63,906 nucleotides of DNA, filler included, from Folioceros fuciformis (GCA_049999805.1; 13 parts of 13 records of this genome joined end to end with filler, not necessarily neighbours in it), one strand, 5' to 3'; positions 36,893 through 49,410 are shown, counted from the whole stretch's first letter. Notes: generated by a model not told the origin, from the sequence alone. Program-made: numbers and translations.

Positions 36893-36929
36893 GTGGTCAA
36901 GATGATGCTACCTAAGAATGGTGTGTAGT

Positions 36930-38446
36930 CTAGGTGTCAAGCATTTCAACGAGCCCCATGGCCCGACAGAATTTTTCATGCTTGTCTCTTGGAAGAGCTT
37001 TTGTCAGTAGGTCGGCTACATTCTCGTTTGTAGGGCAGTACTGCAAGTTAGCATTCCCCTCGCTAATGACTTGTCTAATAAAATGATGCTTGATGTCAAT
37101 ATGCTTTGTACGAGCATGCATCACTGGATTTCTGGCTAGAGCAACGGCTGATTGGTTGTCGCAAAGAAGTAGGGTTGGAGCAGCCTGTTGCTCTCCCAGA
37201 GATGCTAGCAGTCCTCTTGTATAGACCACGTCTTGTGCTACTTGAGCAGTAGCTGTGTGTTCTGCTTCTGTTGAAGACAGGGTGACAACGTGTCGTTTCT
37301 TGCTATACCACCCGACTATGGTTGCTTCAAACTCGTTCTTCCCCAACATCAAGCAGTTTGCTGAGATTGAACGTTGGGTGTCACTATCTGCTGCCCAATC
37401 AGCGTCGGAGAAGCAAGTAGGTAGCAGCCGCTCAGGTCTTTGCTTGTACAGCAGGCCCAAGCCTGGTGCTCCTTTTAGATACCTCAGAATGCGCTGTGCA
37501 GCTACCCAGTGAGCAGTCCCGTAGTTTGTCAAGAACTACGCTGTGGCTCCCACTGCATGGGATAACTCTGGCCGAGACCAGTTTCTGCAATAGATGAGGG
37601 TGCACACTACAGACCTGTATGGAACAGACTCCATTTTCTGCCTCTCATCCTCTGACTTTGGGCACTGGTCTTGGGACAGTTTGTCCCCTACAGCCATAGG
37701 AGTAGCTGCTGATTTGCAATCTTGCATTCTGAATCTGACTAGGACTTGCTTGATGAACTGTGTTTGATGAATGAACACAATATGTGTGGCCAGGTTCTGG
37801 ATAATCTGGACACCTCGGAAGTAGGTGAGCTGACCTAAGTCAGACATGCAGAATTCTGACTTGAGTATGCTTTTCACCTTGTCCATCAGTGCAGGGTTGC
37901 TGGCAATGATCACCGCGAAGTCTACATACAACGCCAGCTATGCTATCCCTTCCTTGTCCGATATTTTGTACACATTGCTGTCCGCATCACTTTGTGCAAA
38001 GCTTGACTGCTTTAGGTAGGAATCAATCCTTTTGAACCATGCCCTTGGGGACTGTTTCAGTCCATATATAGTCTTAAATAACTTGCAAACCTTGCTTGGG
38101 TGGTTCTTGTCCTCAAAGCCCTTAGGTTGCCTCATAAAGATGGTTTCTTCAAGAGTCCCATTCAAGAATACGGTTTTTACATCCATGTGGTGCATGGCCA
38201 AGTCATATTGTGCAGCAATCGCCAGCAAGGTCCGTACAGATGTCGCCCTCACAACAGGTGAGAAGGTTTCTGTATAGTCTAACCCTGCTACCTGACTGTA
38301 GCCTTTAGCCACCAGTCGTGCCTTGTATCTTGCTATCGTGCTATCCTTATTGAGTTTTTTCTTAAACACCCATTTGAATGTTACAAGTTTTCTACCAGGA
38401 GGCAAATCAACCAGCTCCCACATCTTATTGTCTAGTAGTGACTGAT
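36930..38446 (-). mobile_element. pol: Ty1/copia RT and RNase H
   Basis: KWVFKKK, YGLKQSPRAW, FSDADWA, SSTEAE, CDNQSA, TKHIDIKHHF, ADLLTKAL. Confidence 0.96.
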
Positions 38447-38981
38447 TGTGGTGGAAAAAACCCTGGGACACCCAGAGGCTTCCCTTTAGCGGCCACACCT
38501 ATCCCGCTGTCGTGTAGTCTAGCAGGTTTCGTTCTCTCGAAGGAGGGCTTGCCCCAGTTGTGTGTGAACGACTCTACTTGTACCTCTCTTCTACCACGAC
38601 CCTCGCGAGCCTGAATACACCTCCACCCTCCCAACCACGCCTTTGCTGTCGGAGACTCACTCCGGTAGGACACCCAAGTTCCTCACTCTCTTCCCTGGTT
38701 ACTTCCTTGTGTCCAGTCCAACACTTCCTCTCTTGCTCTCATCTCTTCTTGTCCTCGATCTAATTCTCCCAAACCAGCCTTCCCTTCTCAACTCAACCCC
38801 CTCAACTCCTCTACTCCATACCTACCTATGCAACTCCTTCATTCTTCCTTCGTCAGGGGAGTGGTTGCCTGACCTCGTTCACGAGGAGGACCACTGATGC
38901 GGTGGTATCGAAGATCTCTAGTCAGCTCGCGCTAAGTCGAAGACCCGGGCCCTTCTCGACAAACTCACCCAGGTCGGACAC
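38447..38981 (+). mobile_element. 5' part of a nested LTR (TGTGG family)
   Basis: Starts TGTGGTGGAAAAAACCC exactly where RT coding breaks; homologous to 6675; CT-rich tract follows. Confidence 0.8.
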
Positions 38982-39081
38982 NNNNNNNNNNNNNNNNNNN
39001 NNNNNNNNNNNNNNNNNNNNNNNNNTTAATTAATTAANNNNNNNNNNNNNNNNNNNNNNNNNNNNNNNNNNNNNNNNNNNN

Positions 39082-40147
39082 GATAGAGATCCTGCATGGA
39101 CATGGCAAGTAACTTGGCAGAATTAAGATGCCCAAGCCTACAATGCCATAAGAAGGCTTGCCCGGAGGACGATTGCCTACTAGAATAGGCAGCCTGGGAT
39201 GAATCCACAACAGCTGCGCTAGAGGAATACACAAGAGTGCCTGAAAATATATACAGATCACTCTGAAGACGTCCTCGTGCAACCCCATGATGTGGCTTAG
39301 AGGAGCGATAGAGGAGGCAATCCCCTTTGTCAAACTCCAATTTGAAAAGACCATCGTGCATAAGATGACAAATTGAAATAAGGTTCTTAGCCATTTGCGG
39401 AACATGTAGTACATTCTTTAGCATAAGGATAGAATTATCTTCTAATTTGAAAGTCACATTCCCTATGCCATGTATAGCAAGACCGGTGTCATCTCCTAAG
39501 AGCACATACCGAGGAGGATCAGAAGACACCTCATAGGTAGTAAACATATGCTTGGAACTGCAAATGTGAGCAGTAGACGCAGAGTCGAGGAGCCACGATG
39601 TCTTTAGTGCCGAAGTAACAAGGCACACTGTAAGAGCAATCTCTGTTTCAGACTGATTCTTGGCCTTGGGAGCAACAGCCGTATTGGCAGACTTGGGCTC
39701 CCTTTTAGCCTCACCAGCTTGCTTCTTCCTACACTCCCTCTCCCAATGGCCTGGAATCTGGCACCAATTACACGTGCCTGAACGCTTCTGGGTCTTGGTG
39801 GTAGAGGGAGAAGAAGTAGGTTTGGTATTACTACTAGAAGGCATCCTTCTATTAGTATTGTCTCTTTTCTTAGGCTGATGTTGAGACCGCCCTCATGTCA
39901 CAAACATCACGCGCTCACAACCATGCTTAGACGTGCCGGAATTGAAGCGAGAAGCCTCCTCTTGGAGGAGCGCTCCTGCAATTTCTGACATAGTAAGTGT
40001 GGATTGTCCACCTGTCGCCAGAGCTCGCTGAGAGATACGGACGGACTGGTTCTATGAAGAGACAAAAGATTGATAGCTAGCCGGAAGGCTAGCCAACAGT
40101 TGTACAGCAGCATCGAACTCTGATATAGTAGTGCCTAGTGAAGCCAA
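39082..40147 (-). mobile_element. gag-pol: Ty1/copia gag, protease and pre-integrase region
   Basis: LLASLPASYQSF, GALLQEE, CNWCQIPGHWEREC, WLLDSAS, LWHCRLGH; related to the element at 430. Confidence 0.93.
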
Positions 40148-40247
40148 NNNNNNNNNNNNNNNNNNNNNNNNNNNNNNNNNNNNNNNNNNNNTTAATTAAT
40201 TAANNNNNNNNNNNNNNNNNNNNNNNNNNNNNNNNNNNNNNNNNNNN

Positions 40248-42753
40248 AGCAAGGTTGATCTTCAGAGTGGCTTTCACCAAATCAGAATTCGTGCTGGAGA
40301 TGAATACAAGTCCGCGTTTAGAACCAGGTATGGGCATTACCAATTCCTGGTGCTGCCCTTTGGCATGACAAATGCGCCTACCAGCCTCACAACCTTGATG
40401 ATGAAGATTCTGAGGCCCTATGTAGGGAAATTTGTTGAGGTGTTTGTGGATGACATCTTGGTCTACTCAAAAAACAAAGAAGAGCATAAGGAGCACTTGG
40501 AGTTAGTGTTCACAACACTAAGGGAAAACCAGCTATTTGCTAGACAAAAGAAGTCTGAATTCATTAAGAACAAAGTGAACTACTTAGGGTTTGTGGTCTC
40601 AGCCGATGGAGTGGAAGTTGAAGGTGAAGCTCATCCTTGATTGGCCACAACCTACTAACCTAAATGAGCTTCAACAATTTCTAGGCATGGTTGTTCAAAT
40701 GAAGAGCTTCATTCCAGGGTTTGCAAGAATTGTCGTGCCATTGACAGACCTGACTTGTAAGAATGCAAAGTTCCCTATGTCAAAGCTAGCAAAGTAAGCA
40801 TTTGAAGTGTTGAAGGGAGCTGTGGCATCAGCCACAATTCTAACCCTGCCTGATCTCAACAAAGCCTTCATAGTCAGAACTGATGCATCAGACTATGCCT
40901 TGGGTGCTATGCTGCAACAAGAAGGTAGAAATTGTTCACAGATCATAGGAGTTTGGAGCACTTCTACAAGAAACCACTCTTGAACCCGAGGTAGAGAAGA
41001 TGGGCTGAGATAATTGCCAACTTCCACGCTACCATTTCTTATAGTCCAGGAAAGGCAAATTTGATTGCTGACGCATTAAGTAGGAGACGCAACAGCAACA
41101 TGACACTAAAGTTAGAATGAAACTTGTGGAGAGAGGTGCGACACAAATTACCTGAAGATGCTACTTTGAGTAGCATCTTGCAGAGGCTAGAAGATAGTCT
41201 CTCAACGGGCAGACCAACGGAGTTGGGAGACTACTACATCATCCACCAAGGATGTTTGTTCAAGAAGGGAAGGTTATGCATACCTGAGGATTGCGCGGAA
41301 CTAAAGCTTTCCTTATTGCATGATGCCCATGATGCACCAACGGCAGGACACATGGGGATAGATAAGACATATCAGCGCTTGAAGGAGCATGTATGGTGGC
41401 CAGGCATGCAGAAATAGTGCATCAAATATGTGTAGGAGTGCTTACCTTGTCAGCAATCCAAAGTAGTGAGAAGAGCACTAGCAGGCTTTCTCATGCCATT
41501 AGAGGTGCCAACAGAGAAGTGGGCCAGCATGGCTTGTGATTTTGTGACCTGCTTGCCGAGAACGCAGAAAGGGCATGATGCCGTGTGGGTGTGTGTAGAT
41601 AGAGCTACCAAGCTCGCTCACTTTATTCCTATCAAGGGCACCATTCAAGCCAAACAACTCGGGCCTTTGTTCTTGCAGGAGATAGTTCGCCTACATGGTG
41701 TGCCACAAGAAATTGTGTTAGATAGAGATGCAAAGTTCCTCTCTCAATTTTGGAAGGACTTTTGTGCGAGCTTGGGCATGAAACAATGTTTGAGCTCAGC
41801 TTACCATCCTTAGTCTGATGGTGCTAGCGAGAGGCAAAACCAAAAAATGGAGGATCTGCTGCATCCTTACTGCCATGACCATCAGAGAAATTGGGAAGAA
41901 GCACTGTCACTTGCTAAGTTTGCTTACAACTCGGCTCGTCACTCTGCAACTAGGTATTCGCCATTCAAGCTGACATATAGAAAGAATATTCCACCACCAG
42001 GTATGTGGCTAGTGTTGCAAGGACAACAAAGGTCTATCATTGAGCTGAATGAGAGCATGCGCCAAGATTTCCAAGAAGCTGTACAAGGAATGGCGACAAT
42101 CAATGATCAGAGAGCAAAGCTTGCCAACAAGAAACAAAGAGATGAGCAGCACAAAGTCGGTGATTGGGTGTGGTTAGGAGTGTGGCCGAACAGGTATTCT
42201 AAGCTGAAGGAGGGCAAAGCCAAGCTGTCCTACAGGTACGTAGGCCCTTCTTGTGTCACAAGGAAAATCTCACTTATAGCGTATCTGCTTGATATGCCTG
42301 CTAGCTAGCGCATTTGCAAGAGCTTCCTTGTTTCCTTGCTAAAGAAGTTTGTGGGTGCTGCCCCAACCTAGCAATTTTTAGACGAACTGATCCTAGAACA
42401 AAGAAGTGAGAGTGTCAAGCTACCAGAGTTCCAGCAATTGGGCGAGTCACACACAACCTCCCAAGAGCTTGTAGCTGCAGAACAAAAGAAGGGTGGGGAT
42501 GCAAGAGCCAGACACAAGCCAGCAAAACGTAGGAGTTTCAAAACTGGCGATAAGCTAATCTGCCATCCCGTTGCTATTCTGGATAGCAGAGAGAGGCAAT
42601 TGCGTGGACAAAGCATCAAGGAGTACCTGGTCAGTTGGGAGAGCGACCATGAAGAGGAACCTAGCTGGAAGACTCAGGCTTTCGTAGATATGTTCCAACA
42701 TTTGAACAAGTTTGAAGAACGTGATGAAGAGAAATGTCTTCATAGTCCCGTTC
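40248..42753 (+). mobile_element. pol: Ty3/gypsy chromovirus pol (RT, partly deleted RNase H, integrase, chromodomain)
   Basis: KVDLQSGFHQIR, LPFGMTNAP, FVDDILVYS, TDASDYALG, HDAPTAGHMG, CDFV..CVDRATK, SSAYHP*SDG, ILDSR..EYLVSW..PSW. Confidence 0.95.
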
Positions 42754-43221
42754 AGAGGGAAGGGGATGATGCTATGGCCAGCGATCCTAGCAAGCCAGCG
42801 ACCTAAAGAGCAGCTCAATGGAAGGATTGGACACCTTATCAGCGTCCAGATGGTGCTATTGGCATATGGGAAATGGTCGTAGCAGAGTACGCGTAGGGCA
42901 TGCCTAGGACATAGTGTCTAGAGCTAGACGAAGGAAACAAGGTTAGAATTAGAGGTTAGATCGAGCAGGATTAAGTTAACCCCAATTAGTTGCTAACCAA
43001 TCCAGTAGTTAAGTTAGCTTAGGTAAAGAAACGGTCAGACCCGGGACGCAGGGGTACAAAGAACTAAGGGCTCCTCTAATTAGACTCTCTCGACTCCTAG
43101 ACAGGGGCCTCCTCGCTTCTGGTAGTCGGACCCCCATGTTTGTGAGATGTCTTGGCACATTTCTGCTTACAGATAGAGATAACATTCCTTCCCCAATCAC
43201 ACTATACACAAAAGGTTAACA
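42754..43221 (+). mobile_element. PPT and 3' LTR (42770-43221) of the chromovirus
   Basis: AGAGGGAAGGGGA followed by TGCTA...TAACA. Confidence 0.7.
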
Positions 43222-43786
43222 TGGTCTGCGCCTAATGGTCGTATTCCGCCAAATCGGGCTTCGGGTGATTTTCTTCGTTTTTTTTCGTAGCACATATCCA
43301 CGATTCAAGCTATTTGGTGTGGAAGATCCCGAAATAAACTGAACAATGTTCACGACGCACTTCGTATTCATCATGTTTACCAAGAAACTAGGCAAAATTG
43401 CGGGTTGCGAATAGTAAAATTCCTTGATACTATCCAGTTCCATGCTTGGACTGCCGCTCTCGGCTGCAGCTGGACGCGACGATAATTTCCGAAATCGGCA
43501 TTACTAGAAGTTGGAAAATGTGAAGGGTTTTTTGAATATCAATCATTTACGCATACGTGTGCAGGCATAATGAGTGCGCTGGTCTACCAGCGCACACGTT
43601 GCTTCAGTGCGCCGGAAGTGCGTTGATCAGTTGGTGAACACCCAGATAGGGTCTGGGGGAAGTACAACACAACCATTCGTAAGGGTNNNNNNNNNNNNNN
43701 NNNNNNNNNNNNNNNNNNNNNNNNNNNNNNTTAATTAATTAANNNNNNNNNNNNNNNNNNNNNNNNNNNNNNNNNNNNNNNNNNNN

Positions 43787-44373
43787 AGCCTCCTCTTCTA
43801 GTAGTGCCCCGATAGTATTTGACAGTGAGACTGTTGTCGCTGCTGCTGTTCGCAGATTACTGTTCTGTGTGCTCACAAAGACTCGATATCTATCTGGCAG
43901 GGACATGAGGACTGCAACTGATGCCTGGAGTTCAGAGACCTTCGTCCCTGCTGCTGCCAACTTCTGCCTCAAATGCCTGAAGTGCATCACATGCTCCTCA
44001 ACTGTCTCAGATTCTTTCAACTTGCAATTCCAGAACGAGCGAGTGGCGTGGACCAACGACGACTGATTCGTCATTGCAAACATCTGGGTCAAGGCTGTCC
44101 ATGCCAAATGTGCTGTTGTGGCGTCCTCTATGTGGTGTATCATACTATTGTCAATAGTGAGTTCGAGGATAGCCCTGGCCTTCAAATCCATCTTATTCCA
44201 TGCTCTAATGTCTGTTGTTGCTGCATTTTGTCCCGGGTGAGGAGCAGAGCCATCCACCACCTCCCACAGGTCTTCTATCATCAGAAGGATCTTAACCCTG
44301 TGTGCCCAGACATCATAGTTGGACCCCGAGAATCGGTCCTTGTCTTAAAATCAAGTTTCATTGAAGTCGTCAT
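43787..44373 (-). mobile_element. gag: Ty1/copia gag
   Basis: DKDRFSGSNYDVW (frameshift just before it), LWEVVDG, LMSLPDRY, GALLEEE. Confidence 0.9.
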
Positions 44374-44460
44374 GGTTTGTTGAATTCTCTTGGCCTACCC
44401 CAGCGACGAGGTTGCCCAACCTCTCTCTCAGTTTTTCTGCGGAGGTGGCTCTCTTAAGTA

Positions 44461-44847
44461 TCATACTGGACATGCCACCTTAATAGGCTTGACTGCATCC
44501 TCATTTTGTTGACAGTCTCTAACAGGGACTGATGATTGAATCACCGACATCGCATCAAGAATAATTTGCAGCCTTAGGAATACTCTCTCCAGGATATGCT
44601 CTAGAACCGTGATATGATCATGCAACCCCTTAATCAAAGAAGGCAGTTGATCCGGTGAGCCTAAGCCCGCTCTACTAGCTGGGCGCCCCGATTGCTTACA
44701 GCATGAGCAGACAGGGTCTTCTTCTGAATGGTTGAATGACTGCAAACAGGGTCTTCTTCTCGGCGTAGGTGCAAAAGAAGGGAGGTGCGGATTGTGGCAA
44801 TCTCGGTACCTAAGGGTTCTAGAAAGCGTCTCTCCTATGCTTGACAA
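44461..44847 (-). CDS. Unknown 128-aa ORF between the PBS and copia gag
   Basis: Sense to gag; amphipathic LPSLIKGLHDHITVLEHILERVFLRLQIILDAM segment. The track start is not an ATG. Confidence 0.3.
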   Translation of the reverse strand: MSSIGETLSRTLRYRDCHNPHLPSFAPTPRRRPCLQSFNHSEEDPVCSCCKQSGRPASRAGLGSPDQLPSLIKGLHDHITVLEHILERVFLRLQIILDAMSVIQSSVPVRDCQQNEDAVKPIKVACPV

Positions 44848-45270
44848 AAAGCTTGGGGAGACATCCCTGCTCTATCGATCTACACTGCACCCTCTATCGC
44901 GGCCTCTACGCGGCATGGCGCACCCAATTCATGTGCATTAAGCCGCAGACAAAAAAGGTTGTGGGATGTCTAAAAGATGCACATACGCGCCAATCCGTGC
45001 AGCAGCTAGCCTGCAGATGTGGTTGCCCAGGCATGCAGACAGAGAATCGTGGGCACGCACACACAAAATCTCGTGTGCCCATGAATTTGTTGGCCTGCAT
45101 ACTGGGAACTGCAGGAGTTTGTTCACGCAATACTGCAAAAAAGCCATTGCACAATTTTTGCAAGCACGCAATCACGACACCCCGAGAAATCTAGCCAAAG
45201 GCATTTGGTAGTGATTCCAAATCATGCAATGCCCGATCTAAATGCTTGCGGATGCCACCATTTGGAAACC

Positions 45271-45283
45271 CGCTCTGATACCA
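45271..45283 (-). promoter_or_regulatory. Primer binding site for tRNA-iMet
   Basis: Minus strand TGGTATCAGAGCG. Confidence 0.92.
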
Positions 45284-45643
45284 TAGAAAGTTTTAGATTA
45301 AAACAAGCAAATTTGTATTACAGCTGAATGTCTTTAAAAAGGACTCTTGACAGTTGGAAGCGGTTAGGTTACCCGTTCACGGGATTTGTTCACATCTCGA
45401 TATCTACATATATACAATAAGCTAACTTATTCTATATAACTATTTCGATATGCTACAGCTAGACTATACTAGCTTCAAGTATTTTTTAACAGGCGTAGAA
45501 AAGATAGATTGATGAGCGCGTTACACGCCGCTGTCTTGTGCACGCGGCAGACGGTTACTAACCGTTAGGGTATTCCACTAACCTACGACCTGGACACCTA
45601 ACCTACCTTAGGGTTAGATGCCCCTATATTAACACTCCCACTC
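45284..45643 (-). mobile_element. Copia LTR (45284-45634) preceded by a PPT (45635-45643) and followed by a PBS
   Basis: Minus strand GAGTGGGAG-TGTTAATA ... TTTCTA-TGGTATCAGAGC; the 3' end is TA rather than CA. Confidence 0.82.
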
Positions 45644-45779
45644 AGGTCTAGAGTTAGGATGTATAATGTTTTATAGTTGTTTATCGTTTATTAGCTAAAG
45701 AAACACAAAACCTAATTAAAGAAACTTGCATGCTAGCAAGAAACTCGTCAGCCCTAATTAGAAAGAAGCTCTTCAGTCT

Positions 45780-48700
45780 TCAGTCTTCGGCTTCCCAGCT
45801 CGCTCTTCGTTCCACCGCTGTGCTCCATCGCAGCTCCTTGCCTGCTGATCGCATCCCCATTCCACTTGCATGCTCATAGTGCTTGATGCACCCGAGTGCC
45901 TTCGTCAAAATGTCTGCTGTCATCGACTCAGTGGGGCAGTACAGGATCCTTACCAGGCCTTGAGCTAGGGTTTCGCAGATGTAGTGGTGCTCAATTTCGA
46001 TGTGTTTAGTCCTGGCGTGGAAGCATGGATTCATTGTCAGCACCATTGCGCTTTAATTGTCGCATAGCAGGTCTATTGGAAGCTCTTGCGGTATGCCCAG
46101 CTCCCTCAACGCTCCCACTGACCAAGTAACCTCCTTGGAAGCCTCGGTCAAGCTCTTGTACTCAGCTTCTGTAGAGGACAATGCTATGGTGGATTGTTTT
46201 CTGCTACTCCATGAAACTGCACCACCTACCAGGATTGTCACGTAGCTGGATATACTTTTGCGACTGTTTGGGTCACCACCCCAATCCGCATCGCTGTACA
46301 CTGTTAGGTGTAGGGCCTTCTTTGCCTTGGTGCTATATAGGATCCCCCAATCTGCTGTTCCAGAAATGTACCTGTAGACCCTTGTCATCAGGTCTTGGTG
46401 TGCTCTATTAGGGTTGGACACGAATCTGGAGGTCAGGCCTGAAGTGTAGGCCAGGTCAAGTTTGCTCCCAATCATAAGGTGCATCACACTCCCGTTTTCC
46501 GATGCGTACCGCTCAACATATTGTGCATCCTCTTCAGGTACTGCTCCCACTTGCTGAATATACTTCACGTTTTGTTCAACCGGGGTTGCAACAGGTTCGC
46601 AGTGCATCATGCCATACCTGTTCAGAATTTGCAGTGCGTACTGATGCTCATGCAGGAAGATGGTGCCCTCGCCACAATTTCGGAGCAGTTGCATACCTAG
46701 GCAATATGCTAATGCGCAGGCCTCTGTGATCTTGAAGGCTCTTCGCAAGTGCTCTTTGAGCTCATGTATCATCCGCAGGGAGTTGCTAAGCACAAAGATA
46801 TCATCTACATAAATGGCAAGAGCCAGAAAACTTGTGCCTTCCTTTTTCACCTACACATTGCTGTCAGCATGGAGGCCTGCATACCCATCTTCTGTGAGGT
46901 AAGTGTGTATCCTTTCATACCATGCCCGAGGACTTTGCTTTAGTCCATATATTGTCTTCTGGAGCTTATAGACTGGACGTGGTATGTGTGCAGGTACTAC
47001 AACTCCTGTGGGGACCTGCATGAAGATCTCCTCCTGGAGGTTCCCGTACAGGAATGCTATCGTCACGTCTAACTGTTCAAGTTCCAGGTTGTTTACTGCA
47101 GCAAGTGCTACGAATATTCGCAAAGTGTTCAACTTCACCACTGGACTGAACGTGTTGTCATAGTCCACGCCAGGTATTTGTGAATACCCCTTTGCGACTA
47201 GCCTTGCTTTATAGCGCGCAATACTGCTTTATAGCGCGCAATACTGCAATACAGCTTTGAGCTTGATCTTAAACACCCACTTGCTGCCAACTTGTTTTCT
47301 GTCTACAAAGAGACTGGCAATTTTCCAAGTTTAGTTTTCATGCAGGGATGCCAGCTCAGACTGGATAACCTTGTACTAGTGTTCAGCATCTGGGCAGATC
47401 AAGGCTGCTTCATATGTAGGCGATTCGTACAGAACTGTATTAGAAGCTAGGCAGTAAGTGAGATGTGACTTAGGGTGTCGAAAGTCCTCTGGTGCATACA
47501 TGTCTGGAGGTCTGTGTGTTCGCTAAGACTGCTTGGGCTCAAGATGAGCATGCTTTGGTTTCCTTCTATGCTGTCCAATCGGTGGAGCTGAAGGGATGAT
47601 AATCTCTTCCTCCTCAAAATGCAACGACCCAACTGAAGATGAATCTTGCAAGTTTCTGCTGTGAATGATGCGTCCAGGTGTCTGCAGTGGTGTTTGCACG
47701 AGTGGTGATTGTGGTGCTGGTACCACTTGTGCTGCAGGGGCTCCAGGTGCCACAGGCGCAGCAGGAAGAAGAACGCGGATGTCTCCAACCAGCATCTCCT
47801 CCTCCTCTTCTGTATAGCCATCATCGGAACTTGGAGAGTCATCAGGTGACGTCACTCCCACTGACTGTTGGGACTCCACACCTTTGACAAAGACCACATC
47901 CCTGGAATGGGTAACGACCCTTGTTCGTTTGTTCAACACCTTGTAGCCCTTAATGCCGTCTATGAACCCAATGAAAATGCATGAATTTGACTAGGGTTCA
48001 AACTTTCTGCGCAGGTCCTTATGGATTTGTGTGTACACAGTTGAGCCAAACACCCAAAGGTGAGAGAGATTGGGCTTCCTGCCTGTCCACATTTCGTAGG
48101 GAGTTTTTCCCTTCACTAACTTGTGAGCAATCCGATTCTAGATGTAAGCAACATAGCTGACTGCCTCTGCCCAGTAAGCATTGGGCAGGTTTGCACAGTG
48201 GAGCATGCTGGAGGCTGAGGACTCCAAGGACTGATTTTTGTGCTCCGCCACCCCATTCCGCTATGGGGTATATGCATTTGTCAGTTGCCTTGCTATGCCA
48301 TGTGTCTTGCAGAATGCATCAAATTTACCAGAGGTAAACTCTCCTCCATTGTCTGACCGCAAAATCTTGAGGCGATGACCAGTTTGAGTTTCTGCCCATG
48401 CCTTGTACTCCATAAAACAGGCAAACGTTTCGGACTTGTGCTTCAGAAAATAGACTACACAAAAGCGGGTGCAGTCATCAATGAATGTGGTAAAATATTC
48501 CTTCCCTCCTAATGATATTGGCAGCTTGCCACAAACATCGCCGTGCACCAGGCCTAGTATTTCAGTTGCTCTTGTGGCTTGTCCAACAGGGAAAGAGGAA
48601 CGCTTGTGCTTGCCAAGCACACAAGCTTCACAAACTCCAAAGTTCTGCAAATTATCCAAGGTGATGCCCTCGACCAGCTTGTCCTTATACATGTTGACCA

Positions 48701-49410
48701 ACTTCTGGAAATTAACGTGACCTAGGCGGAGGTGCCACAGGTACATAAGCGAGGGTTGTGCATAGTGTGAGGAATCTCCAGCTGAATATGCCTTGGCTTC
48801 CTTCATATCGAGGTGATACAAATCATCCTTTTGCAGATGTCTAGTGGCCAAGAGAGTGCCACTTTTGGTCTCAACAACGCATCTGCCTTCTCCAAAACAT
48901 ACAAAATAGCCTGACTGATCTATTTTGCATACTGAAACCAAGTTCTTGGCCAGTTCGGGCACATATGGGACGTCGGAAATCTCCAAATGCTGATCAGGTT
49001 GCAAGTCTAGCTGTATGGTCCCTTGTCCTGCAATCTCGTGCTGTGAGTCGTCTCCTAAACAAACGTACTTGGCAGGGGTTGCTCTCTTTGAGCTCAGTGA
49101 AATATGCAACATGAGGTGTCATGTGCTGCGAGGCCCCACTGTCAACATACCAGGCATGGTCAGGTTGGCTGGCAAAACAGGTAACTACGTTGCACATGCT
49201 TTGATCGTGATCTCGAGGTGAGGTCACTTGTGTGTCAAGGATGACACTAGCACAGAATGCTCTACTATACTTTTGCATTGTTACTACCAGCTGCCCATAG
49301 GGTCCTCCTTCTCCAGCCAGACGTTTCCGACAAACTTCCCAGGTATGATTATTCATACCACAGAATCCGCATGGTGGCCTGCCTTTGCTTGTGCAAAACG
49401 CTGGAGGCCT
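45780..49410 (-). mobile_element. pol: Ty1/copia knuckle, protease, integrase, RT and RNase H, degenerate
   Basis: [77 protein letters not shown]. Confidence 0.96.
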
